64,000 bases of DNA from Candidatus Latescibacterota bacterium (lineage in GTDB: Bacteria; Latescibacterota; UBA2968; UBA8231): positions 384,001 through 448,000 of the forward strand of contig CBDCXV010000001.1 in NCBI GenBank assembly GCA_965223905.1. Direction: 5' to 3'. Both the position numbers and the translations under genes were made by a program. This document shows, piece after piece, positions 52,184 through 61,069 of this stretch (position 1 is its first letter; every line of letters begins with the position of its first letter). The notes beneath the pieces are model-generated. The model worked only from the letters and a program-made list of their open reading frames with translations, did no database searches and had not been told where the DNA came from.

Positions 52184-53316
52184 TGCGGGCGCCTCACCTC
52201 CTGACCGTCCCGGTCCTGGTTGCGTGCACCGCGGCCGCGGCTTCATCCGACTGGCCGAGCTTCCGCGGCGGCCCGCGCCTGACCGGCGTCGCAGCCTCCC
52301 CCGTTGCCGGCGACCTGGAGCTTCTGTGGGCCCTGGATACCGCCGCCTACGGGGACAGCTCCGCCCAGGGGGGAAGCGCCGGAATCGAATCGACGGCGGC
52401 GATCAGCGGTGGAACGGTCTACGTCGGCACCCTCGGCGGCCGCCTTCTCGCCGTATCCCTTATCGACGGCCGCATCGAGTGGACCTACAAGGCGGCAGGC
52501 GAGGTGAAGTCGTCCCCCGCGGTCCACGGGGGCGCCGTCCTGTTCGGCGACGAGTCCGGAACCTTTCACGCCGTCGACCGGGCCAGCGGCGCCGCCCTCT
52601 GGACGTTCGCCGCGGAAGGGGCGATCACCTCTTCACCGAACCTGTCCGAGGGCCGCGTCCTTTTCGGCAGCTACGACAACCACCTTTACTGCCTGGCGCT
52701 CGAGGGCGGGGAACTGCTGTGGAAATTCGAGACCGGCGGCTTCGTGCACGCATCCCCCGCAGTGGCCGGCACCCTCGCCGTCGCCGGAGGCTGCGACGGG
52801 CAGCTGCGCTTCATCAGTATCCGCACCGGGGTCGAGACTGCGAACATCCACGCCGGCCAGTACATTGCAGCCAGCGCCGCGATCGCGGGGGATGCAGCCT
52901 TTGTCGGCACCTTCGACAACGAGGTGGTGGCCGTCGACCTGGGAACGGCCCGGTTCGCCTGGCGCTACGCACCGGAACGCCGGTTCCCGTTCTATTCCTC
53001 GGCGGCCGTGAGCCGCGGGACCGTCGTCGTCGGCGGGCGCGACAAGCAGGTGCACGCCCTCGACGCGGCGAGCGGAACCCCGCGCTGGACCTGGGCCGCG
53101 GGCGCCCGCGTCGACGCCTCTCCCGTCATCGCCGGCGGGCGCGTCTTCGCCGCCACCACCGCCGGCAAGGTGGTCGCCCTCGACCTCGCCGACGGCAGCG
53201 AGCGCTGGCAGTTCGACACCGGCGAATCGTTCACCGCCTCTCCTGCGGTGGCCGCAGGCAGGCTCGTCATCGGCTCGCAGGAGGGCATACTCTACTGCTT
53301 CGGAAAGTCAGGATGA
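52183..53316 (+). CDS. PQQ-like beta-propeller protein (BamB-like repeats)
   Basis: Signal peptide, WPSFRG, about eight SSP..G..W repeats. Confidence 0.88.
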   Translation: MRAPHLLTVPVLVACTAAAASSDWPSFRGGPRLTGVAASPVAGDLELLWALDTAAYGDSSAQGGSAGIESTAAISGGTVYVGTLGGRLLAVSLIDGRIEWTYKAAGEVKSSPAVHGGAVLFGDESGTFHAVDRASGAALWTFAAEGAITSSPNLSEGRVLFGSYDNHLYCLALEGGELLWKFETGGFVHASPAVAGTLAVAGGCDGQLRFISIRTGVETANIHAGQYIAASAAIAGDAAFVGTFDNEVVAVDLGTARFAWRYAPERRFPFYSSAAVSRGTVVVGGRDKQVHALDAASGTPRWTWAAGARVDASPVIAGGRVFAATTAGKVVALDLADGSERWQFDTGESFTASPAVAAGRLVIGSQEGILYCFGKSG

Positions 53317-54665
53317 CTACCCATCTCCCGGAACCGGCGACCACCCGGCTCGACGACCTGCTGACCGACACCGAGGTCGGCAGCGTTTTCGTCTCCAACT
53401 ACCCGCCGTACTCGTTCTGGAACGAGGACGACGTCGCCGGGGCCCGCGCCCTTCTCGACACCCCGGCGGCGCCGGGGGCCGTTCCCGATCTCGGCCTCTA
53501 CCTGCACGTGCCGTTCTGCCGCAAGCGCTGCAAGTTCTGCTACTTCCGCGTCTACGTAGACAAGAACGCCGCGCAGATCCGGCAGTACCTCGACTCGATG
53601 GCGCGGGAAGTGGAGCTCTACGCCGGCTCGCCCAGGATCGCCGGCCGCGAGCTGAGATTCGTCTACTTCGGCGGCGGCACTCCCAGCTACATAAGCGCGC
53701 GCCACCTGAAAGCGCTGGCGGCTCGCCTCAATGCTGCGCTGCCGTGGGACGCCGCCGCGGAAATCGCCTTCGAGTGCGAGCCGGGAACCCTGACCGAGGC
53801 CAAGCTGGGGGCGATCCGGGAGATCGGGGTGACCCGCCTGAGTCTCGGCATCGAGAACATGAACGACGCCATCCTGCGCGAGAACGGCCGCGCCCACACC
53901 ACCCGCGAGGTGTTCCGCGTGCAGCCCTGGGTCGCGGCGCAGGGGTTCGCACAGGTCAACGTCGACCTGATCGCCGGCATGGTCGGCGAGACCTGGGAGA
54001 CCTGGAAGGAAACCGTCGAGCGCACCGTCGATCTCGACGCCGACAGCATCACCGTCTACCAGATGGAGCTGCCGTTCAACACGGTGTACTCGCAGTCGAT
54101 TGCCGGGGGCGGACGCGAGGAGATGATCCTCGCCGACTGGCGGACCAAGCGGGAGTGGCACGCCTTCGCCTTCGACCGTTTCGAGGCTGCCGGGTACGAG
54201 CGCTCGAGCGCCTACACCGTCGTCAAGCAGGGGACGGAGCAGTCCTTCGTGTACCGCGACGCGCTCTGGCGCGGCAGCGACATGATCGGCGCCGGGGTCG
54301 CCTCCTTCTCCCACATGGGCGGCATCCACTACCAGAACGCCTCTTCCTGGGAGCAGTACCTCGGCGATCTGGGGGAGGACCGGCTGCCGCTGGCGCGGGC
54401 CTTCGCGACCAACGCCGAGGAGCGCCTGACGCGGGAGCTGATTCTGCAGCTCAAGCTCGGGCAGGTCAGCACCCGTTACTTCGAGGAGAAGCACGGAGTC
54501 GACATCCTCGATCGCTTCGCCGCCCCCCTCGAGGGCCTGCGCGACGAAGGGATGCTGACCTGGGACGGCACGACCGTCGCCCTCACCCGCACCGGCCTGC
54601 TGCGCGTCGACCAGCTGCTGCCTGCATTCTACGATTCGAGGTACCGCAATGCGCGCTACACCTGA
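53313..54665 (+). CDS. HemN-like radical SAM enzyme
   Basis: YLHVPFCRKRCKFC, YFGGGTPS, RLSLG, DLIAG, GAGVAS. Confidence 0.9.
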   Translation: MTTHLPEPATTRLDDLLTDTEVGSVFVSNYPPYSFWNEDDVAGARALLDTPAAPGAVPDLGLYLHVPFCRKRCKFCYFRVYVDKNAAQIRQYLDSMAREVELYAGSPRIAGRELRFVYFGGGTPSYISARHLKALAARLNAALPWDAAAEIAFECEPGTLTEAKLGAIREIGVTRLSLGIENMNDAILRENGRAHTTREVFRVQPWVAAQGFAQVNVDLIAGMVGETWETWKETVERTVDLDADSITVYQMELPFNTVYSQSIAGGGREEMILADWRTKREWHAFAFDRFEAAGYERSSAYTVVKQGTEQSFVYRDALWRGSDMIGAGVASFSHMGGIHYQNASSWEQYLGDLGEDRLPLARAFATNAEERLTRELILQLKLGQVSTRYFEEKHGVDILDRFAAPLEGLRDEGMLTWDGTTVALTRTGLLRVDQLLPAFYDSRYRNARYT

Positions 54666-56742
54666 GATCCGGGCCTGGGGGCGCCAGCTCCTGTTGCTGG
54701 CCGCCCTTGCCCCTGCTGCCGCCCTCGCCGACGAGCCGGAGAGCACCCCGGACCCGCCGGCCTACACCGCCGGCGAGGTGGTCGTCACCGGGTCGCGCTA
54801 CACCCTTCCGGAACGGGGCGGGATGGTGACCCGGTGGCCGATGGCGCTGCGCGACACCCCGGCCTCGGTCGCCGTGGTGCCGGGGGCTCTCGTCGCGGCG
54901 CAGCACGGCGAGGTTCTCGGCGACGCGCTGGCCAACGTCAGCGGCGTCAACGTGCAGAGCGGCTTCGGGGTCTCCGACTACTTCGTCGTGCGCGGCTTCG
55001 ACTCGCTGTCGAGCGGCATGGTCCTCTACGACGGCGCCGTCGAGCCGGAGGTCAGCTTCTACCCGATGTACAACGTCTCCCGCATCGAGGTCCTGAAAGG
55101 CCCGGGCGCCTTCCTGTACGGAGGCAAGCCGCTGTCCGGCGCGGTGAACCTCGTCCGCAGGAAACCGGTCTTCGCCGCCGGCCCGTTCGCCGTTCTCGGG
55201 GGCAGCTACGGCAGCCACGGCAGCTACCGGACGACCGCCGACGCCGGCTGGAGGCGGGGAGAGCGCGTGGCGCTGCGAGTCAACGCCATGGGGCGCGGCT
55301 CGGACAACTACCGCGACGACAAGGGGTACTCCGAGTGGGCCATCAACCCGGCCGCTGCGGTCCGCTTCGGCGACCGCGCCGTCATCGAGGCGAGCGCCGA
55401 GTACATCGCCAACGACTACAGCCCGGACTCCGGGCTGCCCCTGCTCGGCGAGGACCTGGCGCCGGTGCCGCGCACGCGCTCGTACCAGGCACCCGGCGAC
55501 TTCTCCGAGCAGGCGATTCTGCGCCTTAGGCTCGACGGCGAGCTCAAGCTGTCGGACCGCCTGACCCTGCGGGACAAGCTCTACTTCACCAACTTCGAGT
55601 GGCCCTCCGCCGGCACCCTGCTCAACGGCGTCCTTCCCGGCGAGGACGGCTCCCTGAGCGTGTTGCGCACGCGGCTGTCGCTCGACGACCGCCAGCGCTT
55701 CACCGGCAACCAGCTCGAGGCGGTCATGGCCGCCGGCAGGCACCGGCTGCTTGCCGGCCTCGAGGTCGCGCGGCTGACAGACGACTTCACCCTCGATGCG
55801 GTGCTGCTGCCAGTGATCGGTCTCCACCGTCCGGTCGAGCCGGGGGGGAGCGGGTTTCCGGTTCAGTCGCAGACCGCCGAGGCCCGCGCCACCGTCCTCG
55901 CCCCGTACGTCGCCGCCCAGTCGTCAATTACCGGGAGTCTCGAATCGATAGCAGGACTCCGCTTCGACCGCATCGGCTACGAAGAGGAGATCTCGGCGAG
56001 CGAGCGCAGTTACGGCAAGCTCAGTCCCTTCCTCGGCGCCACCTGGTCGGCGACGGAGGATCTGCGGCTGTACGCCAGCGCCGGCAGGGCCTTCGCACCT
56101 CCTTCCACCCAGATAACCGGCGAGCGCGAGGCCGAGGAGAGCAGGCAGCTCGAAGCCGGTGCGCGCCGGCAGTGGCTGCAGGGGAGGGTGCGGGCTTCGG
56201 CCGCCGCCTACCTGCTCGAGAAGGAGAACATCGCCATCCCGGACGGGACCGGGGTCGTGAAGGAGAACGGCGCCCAGCGCTCCCGGGGGATCGAGCTCGA
56301 GGTCGCCGCGCAGCCGTCCCGGCGCTGGTATATCCTCGCTGCCTACGCCTTCGCCGACGCCGAGCTGACGGCCTTCACCGAGCTCGTGCCGACATTCACC
56401 GGCGAGTACGTCTTCGCCGACCGGGCCGGCAACGTTCCCGCCTTCGCGCCGGCGCATATCCTGAACCTCTGGAGCTCGGCCCGCACCGTGCTCGGCATCG
56501 AGGCCGCCCTCGGCGCGCGCTACGTGAGCGAGCAGTACATCGCCCCGGACAACGGCTACCGGATCGATCCCGCTTTCACCGTCGACGCTGCCCTGGGGTA
56601 TCGCGCCGGGGGTGCGCGCATCCGCCTGCACCTGCGCAACCTGACCGGCGCCGAGTACGAGACCCGCGGCTTCGGCGGCGGCTCCGTCATTCCGGGGGAT
56701 CCGGCTTCCTTCTACTCGAGCCTGGAGTGGGCCATCCAGTGA
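54649..56742 (+). CDS. TonB-dependent receptor
   Basis: Signal peptide, EVVVTG TonB box, VRGF, RIEVLKGPGAFLYG, RSRGIELE, NLT..Y. Confidence 0.92.
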   Translation: MRATPEIRAWGRQLLLLAALAPAAALADEPESTPDPPAYTAGEVVVTGSRYTLPERGGMVTRWPMALRDTPASVAVVPGALVAAQHGEVLGDALANVSGVNVQSGFGVSDYFVVRGFDSLSSGMVLYDGAVEPEVSFYPMYNVSRIEVLKGPGAFLYGGKPLSGAVNLVRRKPVFAAGPFAVLGGSYGSHGSYRTTADAGWRRGERVALRVNAMGRGSDNYRDDKGYSEWAINPAAAVRFGDRAVIEASAEYIANDYSPDSGLPLLGEDLAPVPRTRSYQAPGDFSEQAILRLRLDGELKLSDRLTLRDKLYFTNFEWPSAGTLLNGVLPGEDGSLSVLRTRLSLDDRQRFTGNQLEAVMAAGRHRLLAGLEVARLTDDFTLDAVLLPVIGLHRPVEPGGSGFPVQSQTAEARATVLAPYVAAQSSITGSLESIAGLRFDRIGYEEEISASERSYGKLSPFLGATWSATEDLRLYASAGRAFAPPSTQITGEREAEESRQLEAGARRQWLQGRVRASAAAYLLEKENIAIPDGTGVVKENGAQRSRGIELEVAAQPSRRWYILAAYAFADAELTAFTELVPTFTGEYVFADRAGNVPAFAPAHILNLWSSARTVLGIEAALGARYVSEQYIAPDNGYRIDPAFTVDAALGYRAGGARIRLHLRNLTGAEYETRGFGGGSVIPGDPASFYSSLEWAIQ

Positions 56743-56764
56743 GAGCAGCGGCCCCGGCGGCAGG

Positions 56765-58030
56765 GTGCGGCGCGGGATAAGCGCCGGCCAGCTCGCCAGG
56801 CTCAGGGAGCTGCTCGGGCCGGTTCTGGAGCGGAACGGGTTCTACCGCCGCAAGCTGCGCGCCTCGGGGCTGGCAGAGGCCGGTGACGTGAGAACGACCT
56901 GGGACTACGCGCGGCTGCCGTTCACCACAAAGAGGGAGCTCTCGGTCGACCAGACCGCCCGACCTCCGTACGGCACCAATCTCACCTTCGACCGCGACCG
57001 CTACACCCGCCTGCACCTGACCTCGGGCACCACCGGCGAGCGCCTGCGATGGCTCGATACCGCCGAGAGCTGGGACTGGTGGGGCCGCTGCTGGGAAGAG
57101 GTGTACGCCGGCGCCGGGGTGCAGGGTAACGACCGCATTTTTTTCGCCTTTTCGTTCGGGCCCTTCATCGGCTTCTGGAGCGCCTGGGAAGGGGCCCGCC
57201 GCCTCGGGTCGCTGGCGATACCGGGCGGCGGCATGAGCTCCCAGCAGCGGATTGAGGCGATCGCCGCCAACGAGGCGACGGTGCTGGTCTGCACGCCTAC
57301 CTACGCCCTGCACCTGGCCGAGGTGGCGGGGGAACTCGGCGAGGACCTGCCTTCGGGCAGCGTCGCCATCACCATCCACGCCGGGGAACCGGGAGCCGGC
57401 CTGCCGGCCACCCGGGCCCGCATCGAGGCGGCTTGGGGTGCCCGCTGTTTCGACCACGCCGGCGCCACCGAGGTCGGCGCCTGGGGGTTCGAGTGCGGCG
57501 AACGGAGCGGGATGCACCTCAACGAGAAGGAGTTCATCTTCGAGGTGCTGGCCCCCGGCGGCAGCGACCCTGTCGCCGAAGGGGAGCTGGTCGTCACCAA
57601 TCTCGGCCGCGCCGGGATGCCGGTGATCCGCTACCGCACCGGAGACCTGGTGCGCCTCGCCGGGGACGGCCCCTGCAGGTGCGGCCGCCCGGGCAGACGG
57701 CTGCAGGGGGGCGTGATCGGCCGCCTCGACGACGCCCTGCTGATTCGCGGCACCAACGTCTACCCCAGCGCCATCGAGAACGTCGTGCGCCGCTTCCCGC
57801 AGGTGACGGAGTTCGCCGTCGACGTGCGCCGCCGGGGCGCCCTCGACGAGCTCGAGGTCCGGGTGGAGCTCGAAGCCGCGGACCCGGCCGGTCTCGAGTC
57901 GGAGCTGGCGCAGGCCCTGCACAGCGGCCTCGGCCTGCGCGCCGCGGTCGCCGTGGTTCCCGCAGGCACCCTGCCGCGCTTCGAGCTCAAGGCGCGGCGC
58001 GTCACCGATCACCGCGCGAACGATGGCTGA
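56765..58030 (+). CDS. Phenylacetate-CoA ligase (PaaK)/F390 synthetase-like adenylating enzyme
   Basis: LPFTTK, TSGTTG, AGEPG, HAGATE, RYRTGD, GRLDD, NVYPSAIE. Confidence 0.9.
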   Translation: MRRGISAGQLARLRELLGPVLERNGFYRRKLRASGLAEAGDVRTTWDYARLPFTTKRELSVDQTARPPYGTNLTFDRDRYTRLHLTSGTTGERLRWLDTAESWDWWGRCWEEVYAGAGVQGNDRIFFAFSFGPFIGFWSAWEGARRLGSLAIPGGGMSSQQRIEAIAANEATVLVCTPTYALHLAEVAGELGEDLPSGSVAITIHAGEPGAGLPATRARIEAAWGARCFDHAGATEVGAWGFECGERSGMHLNEKEFIFEVLAPGGSDPVAEGELVVTNLGRAGMPVIRYRTGDLVRLAGDGPCRCGRPGRRLQGGVIGRLDDALLIRGTNVYPSAIENVVRRFPQVTEFAVDVRRRGALDELEVRVELEAADPAGLESELAQALHSGLGLRAAVAVVPAGTLPRFELKARRVTDHRANDG

Positions 58031-59294
58031 TCCGGGCTACGACGTCGTCGTCGTCGGCGGGGGACCGGCCGGCGCCACCGTCGCTGCGCTGGTGGCGGAA
58101 AAAGGCCACCGCGTGCTCCTGCTCGAGCGCGAGGCCACCTCGCAGTTCCAGGTCGGCGAGTCGCTGATGCCGGGAACCTGGGCGACCTTCGCCCGCCTCG
58201 GCATGCTCGACCGGCTTCGGGCGAGCGCCTTCCCCAGGAAGTACAGCGTCCAGTTCTACGGCCGCTCGGGGCGCGCTTCGGCCCCCTTCTACTTCTTCGA
58301 AACCAACGACCACGAGAGCGCCGTCACCTGGCAGGTGCTGCGCAGCGAGTTCGACCGGCTGATGCTGGAGAACGCGCGCGAAAAAGGGGCCGAGGTGGAG
58401 GAAGGGGTGCCGGTGCGGGAGGTGGTTTTCGAGGGGCAGCGCGCCACCGGCGTAATCGCCGGGATGCCGGACGGAACCAGGAAGCAGATCCGCGGGCGCG
58501 TCGTCGTCGACGCCACCGGCCAGAGCGCCCTGGTCGCCCGGCGGCTCAAGCTGAAAAGCGACGAACCGGAGCTCAGGAAAGCCTCGATCTACACCCATTA
58601 CGAGGGGAGCGTCCGCGACGGGGGGATCGACGAAGGGGCCACCCTGATCCTGCATACCCGCAACCAGGACTCCTGGTTCTGGTACATCCCGTTGCCCGAG
58701 GATCGCGTCAGCGTCGGGGTGGTAGGCTCGCTCGACTACCTGCTGCGGGACCGCGCCGACGGCGGGGCGCAGCGGGTTTTCGACGCCGAGCTGGCGCTCT
58801 GCGAGCCGTTGCGGGAACGGCTGCGCCCGGCCCGCCAGCTGTTCCCCGTCAAGGTCACCAGGGACTTTTCCTACCGCGCCGACCGCATCTCCGGGGACGG
58901 CTGGGTGCTGGTTGGGGACGCCTTCGGCTTCATCGACCCGATCTACTCCTCCGGCCTCTTCTTCGCCCTGAAATCGGGAGAGATGGCGGCCGACGCCATC
59001 TGCGAGGGACTGGACCGCGGCGACCTGTCGGCGCAGCAGCTCGGCAAGTTCGGGCCCCGGTTCATCACCGGCATGGAGGCGGTGCGCAAGCTGGTCTATG
59101 CGTTCTACACCAGGGAATTCAGCTTCGCCGAGTTCCTGAAGCGCTACCCCGAGTGCAAGCAGGGGATCGTCGACATCCTCAGCGGCGACGTGTACAAAGA
59201 GGGAGTGCTCGACGTATTCGGGCCGATGTCGGAGATGATCGACCTCCCTGCGGACAAGGTCCTTATTAGGCGGAGCCTTTCGGATAGTTGCTGA
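58023..59294 (+). CDS. Flavin-dependent halogenase-like oxidoreductase
   Basis: GGGPAG, VGESL, Lys in FPRKYS, WFWYIP, GDAFGFIDPIYSSG. Confidence 0.85.
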   Translation: MADPGYDVVVVGGGPAGATVAALVAEKGHRVLLLEREATSQFQVGESLMPGTWATFARLGMLDRLRASAFPRKYSVQFYGRSGRASAPFYFFETNDHESAVTWQVLRSEFDRLMLENAREKGAEVEEGVPVREVVFEGQRATGVIAGMPDGTRKQIRGRVVVDATGQSALVARRLKLKSDEPELRKASIYTHYEGSVRDGGIDEGATLILHTRNQDSWFWYIPLPEDRVSVGVVGSLDYLLRDRADGGAQRVFDAELALCEPLRERLRPARQLFPVKVTRDFSYRADRISGDGWVLVGDAFGFIDPIYSSGLFFALKSGEMAADAICEGLDRGDLSAQQLGKFGPRFITGMEAVRKLVYAFYTREFSFAEFLKRYPECKQGIVDILSGDVYKEGVLDVFGPMSEMIDLPADKVLIRRSLSDSC

Positions 59295-59398
59295 CCCGGT
59301 CGTCCAAGTTTGGCGTTTATGGCTTCAATATTTTCCTTACAGGGAACCATTGTGCTATTGGCACTGCCCGATCCCCACAGCAGCCGAGCCTAGGATTA

Positions 59399-59419
59399 TT
59401 CCGATTTCCGAAATCGGAA
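59399..59419. promoter_or_regulatory. Perfect palindrome, candidate operator
   Basis: TTCCGATTTC-C-GAAATCGGAA: 10-bp arms with a 1-bp spacer. Confidence 0.45.
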
Positions 59420-59465
59420 GGGGTAGGGTAGGGCCAATGGACGGCTCCACGCAGCTGCTCCGGTT

Positions 59466-59648
59466 TGGAGGGATTTTGAGAAGCATTCTTTCGTAAAAAT
59501 CATTCAACTAGTTGCCCGTTCGCTTGGCGTACGTCTTACCAAAGCTGAATTAGCACAAATAGTACCTGTTACGGGTGCAGTAGTGGGGGCCGGTTTTAAT
59601 GCCTATTATACAGACAAGGCTTGTGACGCCGCTTTTTTTCTTGTATAG
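59466..59648 (+). pseudogene. C-terminal remnant of an EcsC-family protein
   Basis: WRDFEKHSFVKIIQLVARSLGVRLTKAELAQIVPVTGAVVGAGFNAYYTDKACDAAFFLV*; no start codon. Confidence 0.65.
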
Positions 59649-59653
59649 CCGAT

Positions 59654-60151
59654 ATGGACAGACCACGCGTATATGTTGAGGCCACGATCCCCAGCTTCTA
59701 CCACGAAGAACGCACCGCCCCCGACATCGTGGCGCGCCGGGAGTGGACCCAGCGGTGGTGGGACGGTGGTGCGTTCGAGCGCTACGAGCTGGTCACCAGC
59801 CCAGCCGTGCTGGACGAGCTGGCAGGCGGAATACCGGAGCGCAGCGCCAAACGGCTGGCACTGGTTCGGGATCTACCGCTCCTTCCCGTCGAGTTGCCCA
59901 TCGCCGAGATAGTACAGGGATATATCCGGCACAAGCTGATGCCGGCTGATCCTGGTGGTGACGCGCTGCACTTGGCGCTTGCATCATATCACAAGTGCGA
60001 TTTTCTGGTAACCTGGAATTGCCGGCATCTTGCAAACGCGAACAAGTTCGCACACATCCGCCGTGTGAATGCCATGTTAGGTCTTTTCGTACCCGGGTTG
60101 GTGACACCCCTGGAACTACTTGGAGGTAGTGATGGAGCAGAACCTGAGTGA
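59654..60151 (+). CDS. PIN-domain toxin (VapC-like)
   Basis: VYVEATIPS, VLDEL, DALHLALA, DFLVTWNCRHLAN. Confidence 0.88.
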   Translation: MDRPRVYVEATIPSFYHEERTAPDIVARREWTQRWWDGGAFERYELVTSPAVLDELAGGIPERSAKRLALVRDLPLLPVELPIAEIVQGYIRHKLMPADPGGDALHLALASYHKCDFLVTWNCRHLANANKFAHIRRVNAMLGLFVPGLVTPLELLGGSDGAEPE

Positions 60152-60728
60152 TCCGGTAATCGCGGAGATCCGTGAAGTGCGGCACCGCATCTCCGCGCGC
60201 TTTGATCATGATCCTGCGCAACTAGTGGGTTATTACATGGAACTGCAGATGCAGTACCAGGACCGAATGATTGGGACCGCCAAGGCAAGAGTAAGTAGCG
60301 GAAACAGAATTGTAGCCGGCAAGCAGACATTTCATACGAACTCGCATGGTCCTGATCAAGACGCCCTTCAACGCGGATTTGCGAAAACGACAGCATTGGC
60401 ACAAGCATTCTCGGGCAGCGCCTACGTTGCTGTTCATGGTGAGCGGAACATCCAGGATTGCTTTGAACCTCTTGTCGGGTCTGCAGGTGTGAAGGAACTT
60501 CTCAAATCGAAGTCAGTAAATCTTAATGACGTTGAATTCTATCTCCTGACCGAATGCATTGCACCAGTGTATGACGATCCGGCTCCTGTCTTTGCCCCTT
60601 ATGATAGTTTGAAATATACATTGTCTCTTCTACAGCAAGAGAAGTATACCGCGTTAGTATACGTACCGTGGACAAAGAGAGAACTCGACCAGTTCCTCGA
60701 AAAAATCCCGGATTCAGTTGAAATCTAG
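60132..60728 (+). CDS. Putative antitoxin-like N-terminus with long unknown extension
   Basis: DPVIAEIREVRHRISARFDHD resembles the small partners found downstream of this PIN type; overlaps the toxin. Confidence 0.55.
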   Translation: MEQNLSDPVIAEIREVRHRISARFDHDPAQLVGYYMELQMQYQDRMIGTAKARVSSGNRIVAGKQTFHTNSHGPDQDALQRGFAKTTALAQAFSGSAYVAVHGERNIQDCFEPLVGSAGVKELLKSKSVNLNDVEFYLLTECIAPVYDDPAPVFAPYDSLKYTLSLLQQEKYTALVYVPWTKRELDQFLEKIPDSVEI

Positions 60729-60841
60729 TCCAGGGGCAATCTACCTGAATGATGACCGCCGAGGGCATTCTGACGCCCAAGCTCATCTTGCACTGTAAAG
60801 CGCCGTAACGACATCCCCCCAACCTGGCCTTTTCATCCTCC

Positions 60842-61069
60842 GTGCGCGCCATCCTATACATCCTCCTTCTTCTCCTCTACGCCCTCCACAACGACCTCTG
60901 GCTGTGGGACGACGGCACCCTGGTGCTCGGCCTGCCCCCCGGGTTCCTCTATCACATCGGCTACTGCGTCGCAGCCGCCGGTCTCCTGGTCCTGCTCGTC
61001 AACTTCGCCTGGCCCCGGCACCTGTCCGAACCTGAGGGCGGGGAAGAGCCGGAGGACTCGCGGCCATGA
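60842..61069 (+). CDS. DUF3311-like small membrane protein (symporter accessory)
   Basis: LHNDLWLW..LGLP..YH, two TM helices, coupled to the symporter gene. Confidence 0.8.
   Translation: MRAILYILLLLLYALHNDLWLWDDGTLVLGLPPGFLYHIGYCVAAAGLLVLLVNFAWPRHLSEPEGGEEPEDSRP

Noticed and set aside
48726-54665. Very long ORFs 48726-51047, 49934-52183 and 51957-54665 as multidomain fusions
   Set aside because: The Arg/Pro-rich N-termini are alternate frames of upstream genes in high-GC DNA. The true starts are 49611, 51047 and 53313.
60765-60812. attC-like start (CTGACGCCCAAGCTCA) at the insert boundary
   Set aside because: No matching GTTRRRY end or complementary arm could be found, and there is no integrase or second site.
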